In this document: positions 37,303 to 46,272 of the stretch, piece after piece
Position numbering within the stretch: the stretch's first letter is position 1
Layout of the letters: each line of letters begins with the position of its first letter
Assembly: GCA_038204695.1 (NCBI GenBank)
Contig: JBBRCR010000002.1
Location: 1,300 to 65,299, forward strand
Direction of reading: 5' to 3'
Length of the DNA stretch: 64,000 bases
Origin: Opitutales bacterium
GTDB lineage: Bacteria > Verrucomicrobiota > Verrucomicrobiia > Opitutales > Opitutaceae
The notes under the pieces: generated by a model
What the model saw: only the letters and a program-made list of their open reading frames with translations
Database searches by the model: none
What the model was told of the DNA's origin: nothing
Program-made: the position numbers and the translations under genes

Positions 37303-38148
37303 TCAGTGCGAGACTTTCACCTGCGCCGGACGGAGCAGCTCATCGCGGCGGCGGTAACCCGCCGCGGTTTCCTCCAACACGGTCTGCGGCGGGCGCGTGG
37401 GATCGGGCTCGCTCGCGACGGCCATCATCACGGCGGGATCGAAGGCCTGGCCGGCGGTCTCGATGCGGACCACGCCTTCCTTGCGCAACAGGCCATCGAG
37501 ATGGCTGACGAGAATGTCGAGCGCCTGGTGTTGGGCCTGCCAGCTTTGGCGCCATGGAGTGTCGTCGCCGCCGCCCCACCATGAGCGTTTCGCGACGGGC
37601 GGCGTCGCGAAGGCGCGCGCGAGGCGGTGCATTCGGTCGAGCAGCTCGACCAACACGAGGCAGTGCGCGCGCGACAATTCGCCGGACTTCGACTGCGCGG
37701 CGAGCAGTTGCGCAGTCGTGTCGCGCAATGGCTGCAAGCCGCTCTCGAAGCGCGCCAGCGTCTCGCCCCACTGGCTCATGGCCTCGGCGGTGCGGCGGTT
37801 GGCTTTGCGGGACTCGGCACTGGCGGCGGCGAATTGCTCGTAGAACGCATACAGATCGGGCGCATTGTCCTCCTCGTCGCCAGCCTCCAGTACGGCGTCG
37901 GTGTCTGGAATCGCATCGAGAGACGCGAGCCACGCCTCGAAGTCGCGACGCAGTTCGCCTTTCCAGTTGGTGCGCTCGGAACTCGCAGCGTCGGAGGTGT
38001 CGTTTTCTGCCGCTTCGGCTGGCAGCGGGTAAATCTTTCCGGCGTCCGGCATCGGGTTCCCTGCCTCCGGAGCAGGACGCGATGCAGCAGGAGGTGCGGG
38101 CGGCAGGTCCAGGAATGGCAAGAGCGGATCTTGGTCGGGGGCGTTCAC
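37303..38148 (-). CDS. GrpE-like nucleotide exchange factor with extended N-terminus
   Basis: C-terminal GVVRIETAGQAFDPAVMMAV...VLEETAAGYRRRDELLRPAQVKV is the GrpE beta-domain signature; GTGA overlap with the J-domain gene. Confidence 0.85.
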   Translation of the reverse strand: MNAPDQDPLLPFLDLPPAPPAASRPAPEAGNPMPDAGKIYPLPAEAAENDTSDAASSERTNWKGELRRDFEAWLASLDAIPDTDAVLEAGDEEDNAPDLYAFYEQFAAASAESRKANRRTAEAMSQWGETLARFESGLQPLRDTTAQLLAAQSKSGELSRAHCLVLVELLDRMHRLARAFATPPVAKRSWWGGGDDTPWRQSWQAQHQALDILVSHLDGLLRKEGVVRIETAGQAFDPAVMMAVASEPDPTRPPQTVLEETAAGYRRRDELLRPAQVKVSH

Positions 38149-38450
38149 GTTTTGGCGCAGGCGCGCAGGTAGTCTTTCATCGCCTCGAAACCGAGCGGCG
38201 CAAGCGGCGCGGTCAGCGCCGCATGGCGCAGGACGACATCGAGCGGCGAATTACCCGGGCAATCGGTGTCGAAAAGATCATAGCGGCAGCGGCTGGGCTC
38301 GTCCTTGATTTTCTCATACGCGCCGGCGATGGCCTTGAATCGCTCCGGATGGGTTTCCGGCGGCGATTGCTTCACGGCGTCGAGAAATGCGCGGCGGATG
38401 CGGGCATCAACGGCGTCGCGCGGCACACCCAGCACAAGGTAAGGGTTCAT
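38145..38450 (-). CDS. Small J-domain-like protein lacking canonical HPD
   Basis: MNPYLVLGV...IRRAF...KQSPPETHPERFKAIAGAYEKIKDEPSRCRYD. Confidence 0.82.
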   Translation of the reverse strand: MNPYLVLGVPRDAVDARIRRAFLDAVKQSPPETHPERFKAIAGAYEKIKDEPSRCRYDLFDTDCPGNSPLDVVLRHAALTAPLAPLGFEAMKDYLRACAKT

Positions 38451-38451
38451 C

Positions 38452-41112
38452 TCAGAAAAGGTTCAGTTGATCCGGATCGGAAACGGGCGGCTTGGGCGCG
38501 GCCGGCTTCGACATGGGCGCGGAGGGCGGCAATGGCTTCGGCGCCGGCGGCGAAAATTTTGGCGGACCCGACGGCGGCACGGGCAGGGGCTTTCCTTTCG
38601 CCGCCGCGATCAGCGTGTCAAAGATGAAGTCGGGCACGCCCTGCCGCTGCGCCGTCTTGCGCAGATCGCGGAGGGCGGACTCCGGCGCCACGCGCATCGC
38701 CTCGAGCAACTCGGCAAACTCTTCCTCCATTTCCGGTGGCAGGTCGGGCAGCGGGCCGCCGCCGTGCTCGAAGTCGTCCTCCTCGTGATCATCCTCTTCG
38801 TCGTCGAGCTCGGGCCCGGCTAATTCGGGCCCGAACGGATTTGGCATCGGCGGCGGAAGATCGAGGTCACGCAGCATCTGGCGCGCCTTGCGCAGCGACG
38901 GGTCGTCGCGCCGGCGGGTCGCTTCGTCGACGATCGACTGGAGCTCCGCGCGATCCTTCGCCGGTTCGGAATTCCACGGGCCGCTGAGATCGAGCCGCCA
39001 CAGCCGCGCCTGCGGGTCGAGCGAATCGGCGCGCAGCAGTTTTTTCACCAGCTGCTGGAGCGGCCGCGCGAAGTCGGCCCGGTCGCGCGCCCGCTCAATG
39101 ACCTCCGCCGCTTCGGCGCGGGTGAACGGCTGGCTCAGCGCGCGAGGGATGGCTTCGCGAATCACCTTCTCTTCAAAGTGCATCCGGGTTTCGCCGTTCT
39201 CGTCCTGCCACTGCTCGAGGAGCCGGAGCAACCAGCCGATCTCGGCGAGCCGGGGTGCGCCGCGCAGGGTCGCTTTCAGCTCTTCCAGAAATCCGGTTTC
39301 GCCAAAGTAGGGCTTCGAATTTTCGCGATCGGTGAGGTGCGCAAACAGGAGCATCGCCGCCGGGTGCGGCGCGAGCGCGCGGGCTCGCGCCAGCAGCGCC
39401 TCGGCCTGCTCGGGGTTTGCCCAGCGCCGTTCCATCAATCCGTGGCGCACGAGCACGGTCCAGCGGCCGCGCCGAAAATCGTCGGGCTTGTCCGTCAGCC
39501 ACGGCTCCGCCTGGGCCAGCGTCTGCTGTGCCTTCTCCGGCCGGCGCTGCTGAAACTGCTGGCGCGCCTGAGCGCACAACCCCGCGACCGTGAGTTCCGG
39601 GATCCGCGGATCGAGCTGGTCGAGCTGCCGTGCGCGCGCGAGGTAGCCGAGCCCCTTGCCAAAGGCCTTGCGCTCGATGCAACCCTCCGCCGCGCGCACC
39701 AGCACGTGCTTTTCGTCGGCGAAGCGCGCGGTCATCTCGTCGAGGAGCCGGTTGCGCTCGCTGTGCTTTTTCAACGCGCCATAGACGTCGCACAATTTCA
39801 GGTGCGCCGCGAGGTTGGCCGGATCCAGCTCGATGCTCCGCCGCAACATCTCCACCGCGCCGCCGGGATCGCGCATCTGCGGCGGGCCGGCGAAAAATCC
39901 GCGCGAGCGGCACACCATGGAAAGCCGCTCGCCCAGCCAGCCGTAGCCGAGCGAGGCGAGATGCGGATTCGCGCCGTGCACCGCCTGGTGCACCCGAAGG
40001 AACGCCTCCCACCCTGCGCGCAGCTCGTCCGGCGGCGCGATCGCCTGCCCCATGAGCGATGAAAGCCGATGAGCCAGCATGCGCTCAGCTTCGTTCTTCA
40101 GCCGGTCCCGCCCGATCAAATCGGCGAAGAAGCGGAGAAACTTCACCCACTCCGCCTCCGCCATGCCGTGCGGCGCCTTGAAGTAAAACTCGCTGAGCAC
40201 GCCCGGCCAGTCGAGCCCGGCGGAAGGAAACGGCCCCAGATCGTCGCGCACCGCCCGATACGACTCGACATGCTTTCCGCCGCGCCAATGCCGGTCCGCG
40301 CGAATCAGGACCGCGGATACGTCACCCGCCCCGATCAGCCGGCAAACCGCCGCCTGGGTCGCCTCTGCCGTCGGCGCGGACGATTCGGCGGGCGAGGCCG
40401 GCTCGCCGCCGGCCGCGCGCGCCAGCAGCCAGAGATACGCCTGGGCCGCCTTTGCCGGCGCCGAACCGGCCGGCAGGCCCTGCAGGAGCTTCGCCGCCCG
40501 TTCCGCTTCGCCGGTGTGGAAGCCCATGATGCCCTTCACGAAGATCACCCAGTGGCTGAAAGGCGAGCGGTGCGGCACGCGTCGCAAAATTTCAGATACG
40601 GCGGACCATTCGCGCCGCGACCATGCGTGCAAGGCCTCGTGGATCGCGCGCGCCTCGTCGGCGAGTCGCGCCTGCGCCGGTTCAGCCGCGCTCACCGGCT
40701 CGAACGCCAGCACCACCTGATCGGCGAGCCGCATCCGTTCCGGCTCGGACCGGGCGACCGAGGAATCGGCGAGCGCGGCAATGCTTTCGCCTGGCGGCGG
40801 CCCGCTGTGGCCCGCGGTGCCCGCGGTGCCCGCGAGCCCTGCTTCGAACGCCCGCAATTGCTCGGGCGGCACCAAGGTGGCGAGATAAGCGAAAACCTGA
40901 CGCGCCTGGGCATCCTGTCCCGCGGAGAGCATCTGGCGGGCGAGCCCGAGATTTGCCTCCACCAGCAGCGGAAGAAAACGCGCGCGATCCGTTTTGAGCA
41001 GCGCCTTCAGATCGTTGCGCGCCTGCCGCCATTTCCCCTGCGCGAGCAGCGTCCGCATCCGCTGCTCGGCGGCGGCCACGGCGGACGAAACAACGGGAAC
41101 GGATGCGGGCAT
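38452..41112 (-). CDS. Large helical TPR-like protein with acidic/Pro-rich tail ending in QLNLF
   Basis: 886 aa Ala/Leu/Arg-rich helical repeats (e.g. LRRSIELDPANLAAHLKLCDVY, LARARQLDQLDPRI); first gene of the operon, with its stop 1 nt from the J-domain ATG. Confidence 0.8.
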   Translation of the reverse strand: MPASVPVVSSAVAAAEQRMRTLLAQGKWRQARNDLKALLKTDRARFLPLLVEANLGLARQMLSAGQDAQARQVFAYLATLVPPEQLRAFEAGLAGTAGTAGHSGPPPGESIAALADSSVARSEPERMRLADQVVLAFEPVSAAEPAQARLADEARAIHEALHAWSRREWSAVSEILRRVPHRSPFSHWVIFVKGIMGFHTGEAERAAKLLQGLPAGSAPAKAAQAYLWLLARAAGGEPASPAESSAPTAEATQAAVCRLIGAGDVSAVLIRADRHWRGGKHVESYRAVRDDLGPFPSAGLDWPGVLSEFYFKAPHGMAEAEWVKFLRFFADLIGRDRLKNEAERMLAHRLSSLMGQAIAPPDELRAGWEAFLRVHQAVHGANPHLASLGYGWLGERLSMVCRSRGFFAGPPQMRDPGGAVEMLRRSIELDPANLAAHLKLCDVYGALKKHSERNRLLDEMTARFADEKHVLVRAAEGCIERKAFGKGLGYLARARQLDQLDPRIPELTVAGLCAQARQQFQQRRPEKAQQTLAQAEPWLTDKPDDFRRGRWTVLVRHGLMERRWANPEQAEALLARARALAPHPAAMLLFAHLTDRENSKPYFGETGFLEELKATLRGAPRLAEIGWLLRLLEQWQDENGETRMHFEEKVIREAIPRALSQPFTRAEAAEVIERARDRADFARPLQQLVKKLLRADSLDPQARLWRLDLSGPWNSEPAKDRAELQSIVDEATRRRDDPSLRKARQMLRDLDLPPPMPNPFGPELAGPELDDEEDDHEEDDFEHGGGPLPDLPPEMEEEFAELLEAMRVAPESALRDLRKTAQRQGVPDFIFDTLIAAAKGKPLPVPPSGPPKFSPPAPKPLPPSAPMSKPAAPKPPVSDPDQLNLF

Positions 41113-41449
41113 GGATGGCTTATCGAGGTAATTCGCTGATGAATTGCAACCGCGCGATGGGAGGATCCGCGTATTAATTGGTCGCTGAACAAACTGCCGG
41201 CAAAAAAACTCGCCTTGGCGAAGGGTGACCTTGATGTCTCGCTCGTGGATCCGCTGTGGTGCCTGCGGGAATCAATTTGATGCGCTTCGACCACGTTCCC
41301 GTCAAAAATGATGCTCAGGATGTAAAAAAGGACTCCGCTCCGGCTGGTAGTTCGTCCATGTCGCTTCCCACCGTTAAACGAAGCCTTCCTCTTCCCTCGC
41401 TACGCCCGGGGGGAAGAACGATGAGCGTTGCTCAAGTTCGCGTTTAACG

Positions 41450-41468
41450 CTCACCGCCCCGACCATTT
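41450..41468 (+). repeat. attR core (duplicated tRNA-Pro 3' end)
   Basis: CTCACCGCCCCGACCATTT, identical to 26446-26464. Confidence 0.9.
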
Positions 41469-41518
41469 TCCCTGTCGCACGTTCCAAACGCCACTACCTC
41501 GGTCGAAGCCAAACCGTC

Positions 41519-42409
41519 TTACGGCTTCTGAAAATCAGGCCGCAGCCGGCGTCGCAATATATCCGCAGCGTACGCTGTATAAAGCCACGCGCCGTCCGGA
41601 CTGATCCGGGCGTAGTTGCAGCGAGGCCTGCCTTCAGGCGATGGGATCACGATATGCCGCGCGGCTCCGTCGCTGACGTGGACTGCCGGTGCGATTTGCG
41701 TGCCCAACGCCGTGCCACTGAGTAGCCGGCCGTCGGCCAGCACCATCATTCCATCCAAGCTGCCTCTGCCATCAGAAGGTACGCCAAGCTTGTACGCCGC
41801 GCGTGCGGGACCATTGATCCGCGAATCACTGCCGAGCGGAAACCCGTGGATCGTGTCGGAAGCAAACTCGGCGACGAGGAGTGTCGTCTGGTCGAGTGAG
41901 GCGGCGATGCCGTTGGGGCCCCAGTCAAGCTTTGCGGCCACCTCACGTTCCATAGTATGCGCCGCGAGTCGCCAAACCAGCCGAGTCGCGGGCTCGGTAT
42001 AGAATATCGTGCCATCGCGAAGAATCACGATGTCATTCGACAGCGTGCCCTCGGTGACCTTTCGCCTCTGCCATGTCTGGGGGTCCCAAGCGTAGATGCA
42101 GCGGTCACCGCTCGCGCATCCGTAAAGCTGGCCGTCCGGGCCAAACGCCAAGCCGTTGGCTCGTCCGCTTGCACCATCGAGGAGCGACTTCGCCCCAGTG
42201 TCGCGATCGATCGTGAAGAGTTGGCCGCGGGGCACGTCGGTGAAATAAAAATTCCCGGCGGCGTCCCACGCCATCCCTTCAGCAAACTGGTGACCACTGG
42301 AGACGACCTCCCAGCCGGAACCTCCAGCGAAAACGAGATCGGGCGCAGGAACGGCCGCGTTCAGGATCGTGGACACGAGGAGTGGCAGCAACGCATTTCG
42401 GGGTATCAT
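41519..42409 (-). CDS. SMP-30/gluconolactonase family protein
   Basis: FAEGMAWD, ANGLAFGPDG, GPNGIA and DGMMV beta-propeller motifs; signal-like N-terminus. Confidence 0.85.
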   Translation of the reverse strand: MIPRNALLPLLVSTILNAAVPAPDLVFAGGSGWEVVSSGHQFAEGMAWDAAGNFYFTDVPRGQLFTIDRDTGAKSLLDGASGRANGLAFGPDGQLYGCASGDRCIYAWDPQTWQRRKVTEGTLSNDIVILRDGTIFYTEPATRLVWRLAAHTMEREVAAKLDWGPNGIAASLDQTTLLVAEFASDTIHGFPLGSDSRINGPARAAYKLGVPSDGRGSLDGMMVLADGRLLSGTALGTQIAPAVHVSDGAARHIVIPSPEGRPRCNYARISPDGAWLYTAYAADILRRRLRPDFQKP

Positions 42410-42521
42410 GATAGCTCCTGGGACAGATTCGCGGGGAAACACTCAACGCTCAATGTTCAATTGATGGGGAAACTGGATCATGCTCGATGAGAGCGAGCGC
42501 GACACCGACCGAGCTTGAAGG

Positions 42522-43142
42522 ATGCCGTTGGTATTCGTCCTACTCGTCGTCGCCCCGCGGCTCGCGGATGCCGCACAGCGTCGCAAAGTTCGCCGCCATG
42601 AGGGAAGCTTACTTCGGTGAAAATAATCCAGCATCCTCCTCGTCCTCCTGGATGACCTCGGCTACAGCGACCTCGGTTGTTACGGCGGCGAGATCGCCAC
42701 GCCGAATATCGATGCGCTCGCCAAGAACGGCCTGCGTTTCACCCACATGGCAAACTCGGCCCGCTGCTGTCCGAGTCGGGCTTCACTGCTCACGGGTCTC
42801 CATCCCGCCCAAGCCGGCATTCCCAACTTCGCCGGCGAGCTCAGTGCGAATTCCGTCACGCTGGCCGAGGTGCTCGGGGCGGACGGATACCAGACCTACA
42901 TGGTCGGAAAATGGCACGTCGGAAATTCACCGCCGGCGCGGCCCACCGCGCGTGGTTTTGGCGAGTTTTACGGCTTCACCGACGGCCACTCGCAGGACCA
43001 GTGGGATCCGTGCTTTGATTTGCTTTTCTTGGATTTGGCGGCGCCGGCCAGGCTGGCAAGACGGCCTGCCGCAGTCCAAACGATGGCTTTTCGCGAATCG
43101 GCTGATGCCACGCCAAGCCCTGACGAGGTCCAGAATTCCTGA
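42522..43142 (+). pseudogene. Truncated arylsulfatase
   Basis: ILLVLLDDLGYSDLGCYGGEIATPNID...CCPSRASLLTG...YMVGKWHVG...RGF; two in-frame stops near 42618-42626, and similarity ends after ~130 aa. Confidence 0.85.
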
Positions 43143-43166
43143 GCACGCTCCGAGTTCGCGCGCTGG

Positions 43167-44012
43167 TTAGACCGCGAACGGATTATAGCGAAGCTCGTTG
43201 CCCGCGGTTGTCAGCGGCCCGTGGCCCGGCGCAATCACCGTGTTCGCTGGAACGAGGGCGAGCATTCGACGAAGGTTGAGCTGCAGCTGCTCCTGCGAAA
43301 AATACGCTCCGCCCACCGAGCCGGCGAAAAACAGATCGCCCGAAATCATCAACGGCGTTCCCCGCTCGTCCGGAGCGCGCACCACGTAACAGTTGTGCGC
43401 CGCCGCATGGCCGGGAGTCGCAAACGCTGTGACGGTGAACGGAGCGAAGTGACGCGTCTCGCCCTCACCGAGCGGCTGTCCACAGGGCGCCCGCGCGCCC
43501 TTCGGAATGTAAGCTGCCGGCGCACCAAATCCAGCGACCACATCGCACAAACCGCCGGCGTGTTCCGCCTCGACGTGCGTGAGGAAAACCGCGTCGAGTT
43601 GGCGGATGCTGCGGGGCCAAACGGCGGAAAGGGCCGCCATGCCCGCTCCGGTGTCGAACAACACCGCCCGCGACGCTCCGCATTCACCAACCAGATACGC
43701 GTTGGTCACGCCGATCCCATGCGGCATCCGGAGCGGCCACACGCAAAAGGGCAGGCTGCCGATTTCCGGACTGGGATAACACCCGCTGCCGAGCGCGCAA
43801 AGGCCCACCTCGTTCAGTCCGAGAAAAGCCGCCAGCCGGCGCAACTCCTGCGGCGTCAAATCCGGCCGGTAATCAATCGCGTCGAGCACCCGCGCCGCCG
43901 CCACTCCCGTCTCGGCCGCGAGTTCATCCAGGGACACGCCCTTGCGGCGTATCGCCTTCTCAAGCACATCGCCGAGTTCGTCTTCCAGCGGCAGGATGGG
44001 CGGTTGAGTCAC
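43167..44012 (-). CDS. Metallo-beta-lactamase-fold hydrolase with N-terminal HTH-like domain
   Basis: LFDTG, THVEAEHAGG, TPGHA, SGDLFFAGSVG and PGHGPLTT; N-terminal GVSLDELAAETGV. Confidence 0.85.
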   Translation of the reverse strand: MTQPPILPLEDELGDVLEKAIRRKGVSLDELAAETGVAAARVLDAIDYRPDLTPQELRRLAAFLGLNEVGLCALGSGCYPSPEIGSLPFCVWPLRMPHGIGVTNAYLVGECGASRAVLFDTGAGMAALSAVWPRSIRQLDAVFLTHVEAEHAGGLCDVVAGFGAPAAYIPKGARAPCGQPLGEGETRHFAPFTVTAFATPGHAAAHNCYVVRAPDERGTPLMISGDLFFAGSVGGAYFSQEQLQLNLRRMLALVPANTVIAPGHGPLTTAGNELRYNPFAV

Positions 44013-44092
44013 AACGCAAAGGATAGAGCATCGAACTCGCCGCACGCAAAATTGATTTTGTTTTTTGCCAATGTTCTCCCAAACGTCAGCCC

Positions 44093-44668
44093 ATGGATGC
44101 CAGCCAGCAGGAGGTTCTCGACATTTTCACACGGACGCGCGCCTTCTTGCAGGGACATTTTGTCCTCCGCTCGGGGCTGCACAGTGGCCACTACTTTCAA
44201 TGCGCCCAGGTGTGCCAGCACATGGGCGCCGTCCAGCGCCTCGCCGAGTTGCTCCTGGGAAAGCTGCAGGCGACCGGACTGCGGTTTACGACCGTGCTGG
44301 CCCCCGCGATGGGCGGGCTGGTCATCGGGCAGGAAGTCGCGCGCCAGGCGGGAGCCCGTTATATTTTTGCCGAGAAGGAAAACAACGTGCTCGTGCTGCG
44401 CCGCGGTTTCACGCTGTCGCCGGGCGAGTCGGTCCTCGTAGTCGAGGATGTCGTCACCCGAGGCGGCCGCGTGATCGAATGTTTGAATCTCATCCGACAG
44501 GGGGGCGGCGCCACCGTGGGTATTGCCATGCTCGTTGATCGCAGCAGCGGAGGCGCCCGCTTCGACGTCCCCGCAATCTCCCTGCTGGAACTGAGTTTTC
44601 CCACCTATGCAGCCGATGCGCTTCCCGAATCGCTCGCGCGGCTGCCGATCGAAAAACCCGGCAGTTGA
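44093..44668 (+). CDS. pyrE: Orotate phosphoribosyltransferase
   Basis: GHFVLRSGLHS, PAMGG and VLVVEDVVTRGG. Confidence 0.93.
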   Translation: MDASQQEVLDIFTRTRAFLQGHFVLRSGLHSGHYFQCAQVCQHMGAVQRLAELLLGKLQATGLRFTTVLAPAMGGLVIGQEVARQAGARYIFAEKENNVLVLRRGFTLSPGESVLVVEDVVTRGGRVIECLNLIRQGGGATVGIAMLVDRSSGGARFDVPAISLLELSFPTYAADALPESLARLPIEKPGS

Positions 44669-44729
44669 TCCGCCGCCCGGCCCGCGAACATCCGCGTGAT
44701 GGGGCCGGACTCCACCGCTACGGACACGA

Positions 44730-46151
44730 TCACTGCACGTTGATCACCAGGTACCGAACGTTGCCGCGGAAATAGAGGGCCAGCAGATTCCGACCCGGCT
44801 GAATCAATGCCCTCGCAGACGCGAGATCCGCCACGGGCTGCCGGCCGATTTCCATGATCACGGCGTGGGGCGACAACTGCTCACGGTAAGCCGAGTCTGC
44901 GGCGACTTCGGTGATCAGCAATCCGGTGACACGCGGATCGATCTGCAATCGCCGCCGATCCTCGGGTGTCAGCGGCTTCACGTTCACACCCGCAAAGAGT
45001 TCATCCGGCCGATCATCAAAACGATCCAGCTTCACGTCGATCACCCGTTCCTTGCCATCGCGTACAACTTTCATTTTCGCGACCGAACCGGGGATCATCT
45101 GCGCAACGAGCAGCCGCAATTCCTCCACCGAGGAGACCGGATGATCATTGATCGCGAGGATCACATCGGTGCGCTTCAGCCCTGATTTTTCCGCAGCCTT
45201 TTCCGGTACGATGTCCGTAATCACCACGCCCCTGGTATCCTTCGGCAGGCCCAACTGCTCGGCGACATCCGGAGTGATCGGATCGGTGCTGACGCCGAGA
45301 TAACCGCGGGCCACCGTGCCACTCTCGATCAGGCTGTTCATGATCCAGGCCGCGAGGTTGATTGGCACCGCAAGGCCGATGCCGATATTGCCGCGCGAAG
45401 GAGAAATGATCGCGCTGTTGACGCCCACCAGCCGGCCACGCGCGTCCACGAGTGCACCCCCGGAATTTCCCATGTTGATGGCGGCATCGGTCTGGATGAA
45501 GTCTTCATAACCGCCGACATCCTCGAGAATCCGAACATTCCGGTTCTTGGCCGAGACGATGCCCATGGTAACCGTTTGTCCGATACCGAGCGGGTTGCCG
45601 ACGGCGAACACGACGTCGCCCACTCTCAACTTGTCGCTGTCCGCCAGGGTGACGAACGGCAGCTGAGCGGCCTTGATCCGGATGACCGCAATGTCGGTTT
45701 TCGGATCACTGCCCACCACCTCGGCCATGAAGTCGCGCCCGTCGGACAACGAAATCTTCAACTCGTCCGCGCCTTCGATGACGTGATTGTTTGTGAGGAT
45801 GTAGCCATCGGGCGAAACGATCACCCCGGAGCCGAGTCCCTCTTCACGGCTCCGGCGCTCTTGCGGCATATCCGGAAACAGCTGCCGGAACAGTGGGTTC
45901 ATCTGAAGACGCTGCCGAATCTCCTTGCTGGAATAGATCGACACGACGGCCTTCTGGACTGGCTCCACCACGTCGGCGTAACTCGAAACGACGCCCGACT
46001 TTGGGGCGTCCAAAGGCGTGTTATCGATTCTCAGCGCCGGCTTCTGGTTCGGTGCAGGCGTCTTCTTTGCGTCGCGCGCCGAAGTTTGCGTGACGGCGGG
46101 ACACGCAAATCCCAAGGCGAGACACGTTCGAACCAGGAGGCTGAATTTCAT
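44730..46151 (-). CDS. degP: HtrA/DegP (Do) serine protease with PDZ domains
   Basis: GLGSGVI, TNNHV, DIAV and IQTDAAINMGNSGGAL; PDZ regions; signal peptide. Confidence 0.92.
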   Translation of the reverse strand: MKFSLLVRTCLALGFACPAVTQTSARDAKKTPAPNQKPALRIDNTPLDAPKSGVVSSYADVVEPVQKAVVSIYSSKEIRQRLQMNPLFRQLFPDMPQERRSREEGLGSGVIVSPDGYILTNNHVIEGADELKISLSDGRDFMAEVVGSDPKTDIAVIRIKAAQLPFVTLADSDKLRVGDVVFAVGNPLGIGQTVTMGIVSAKNRNVRILEDVGGYEDFIQTDAAINMGNSGGALVDARGRLVGVNSAIISPSRGNIGIGLAVPINLAAWIMNSLIESGTVARGYLGVSTDPITPDVAEQLGLPKDTRGVVITDIVPEKAAEKSGLKRTDVILAINDHPVSSVEELRLLVAQMIPGSVAKMKVVRDGKERVIDVKLDRFDDRPDELFAGVNVKPLTPEDRRRLQIDPRVTGLLITEVAADSAYREQLSPHAVIMEIGRQPVADLASARALIQPGRNLLALYFRGNVRYLVINVQ

Positions 46152-46272
46152 GGGAACAGACACAAATCGGTAGGCGTGAAACGGTCGGGAGGCAACCGCC
46201 GGCAAGACTTTGCCGTAGTCGCGCGTGGCCCGGCGCCAGTGATGACGCGAGGCGGCGCCGGCCGGGTGAGCA

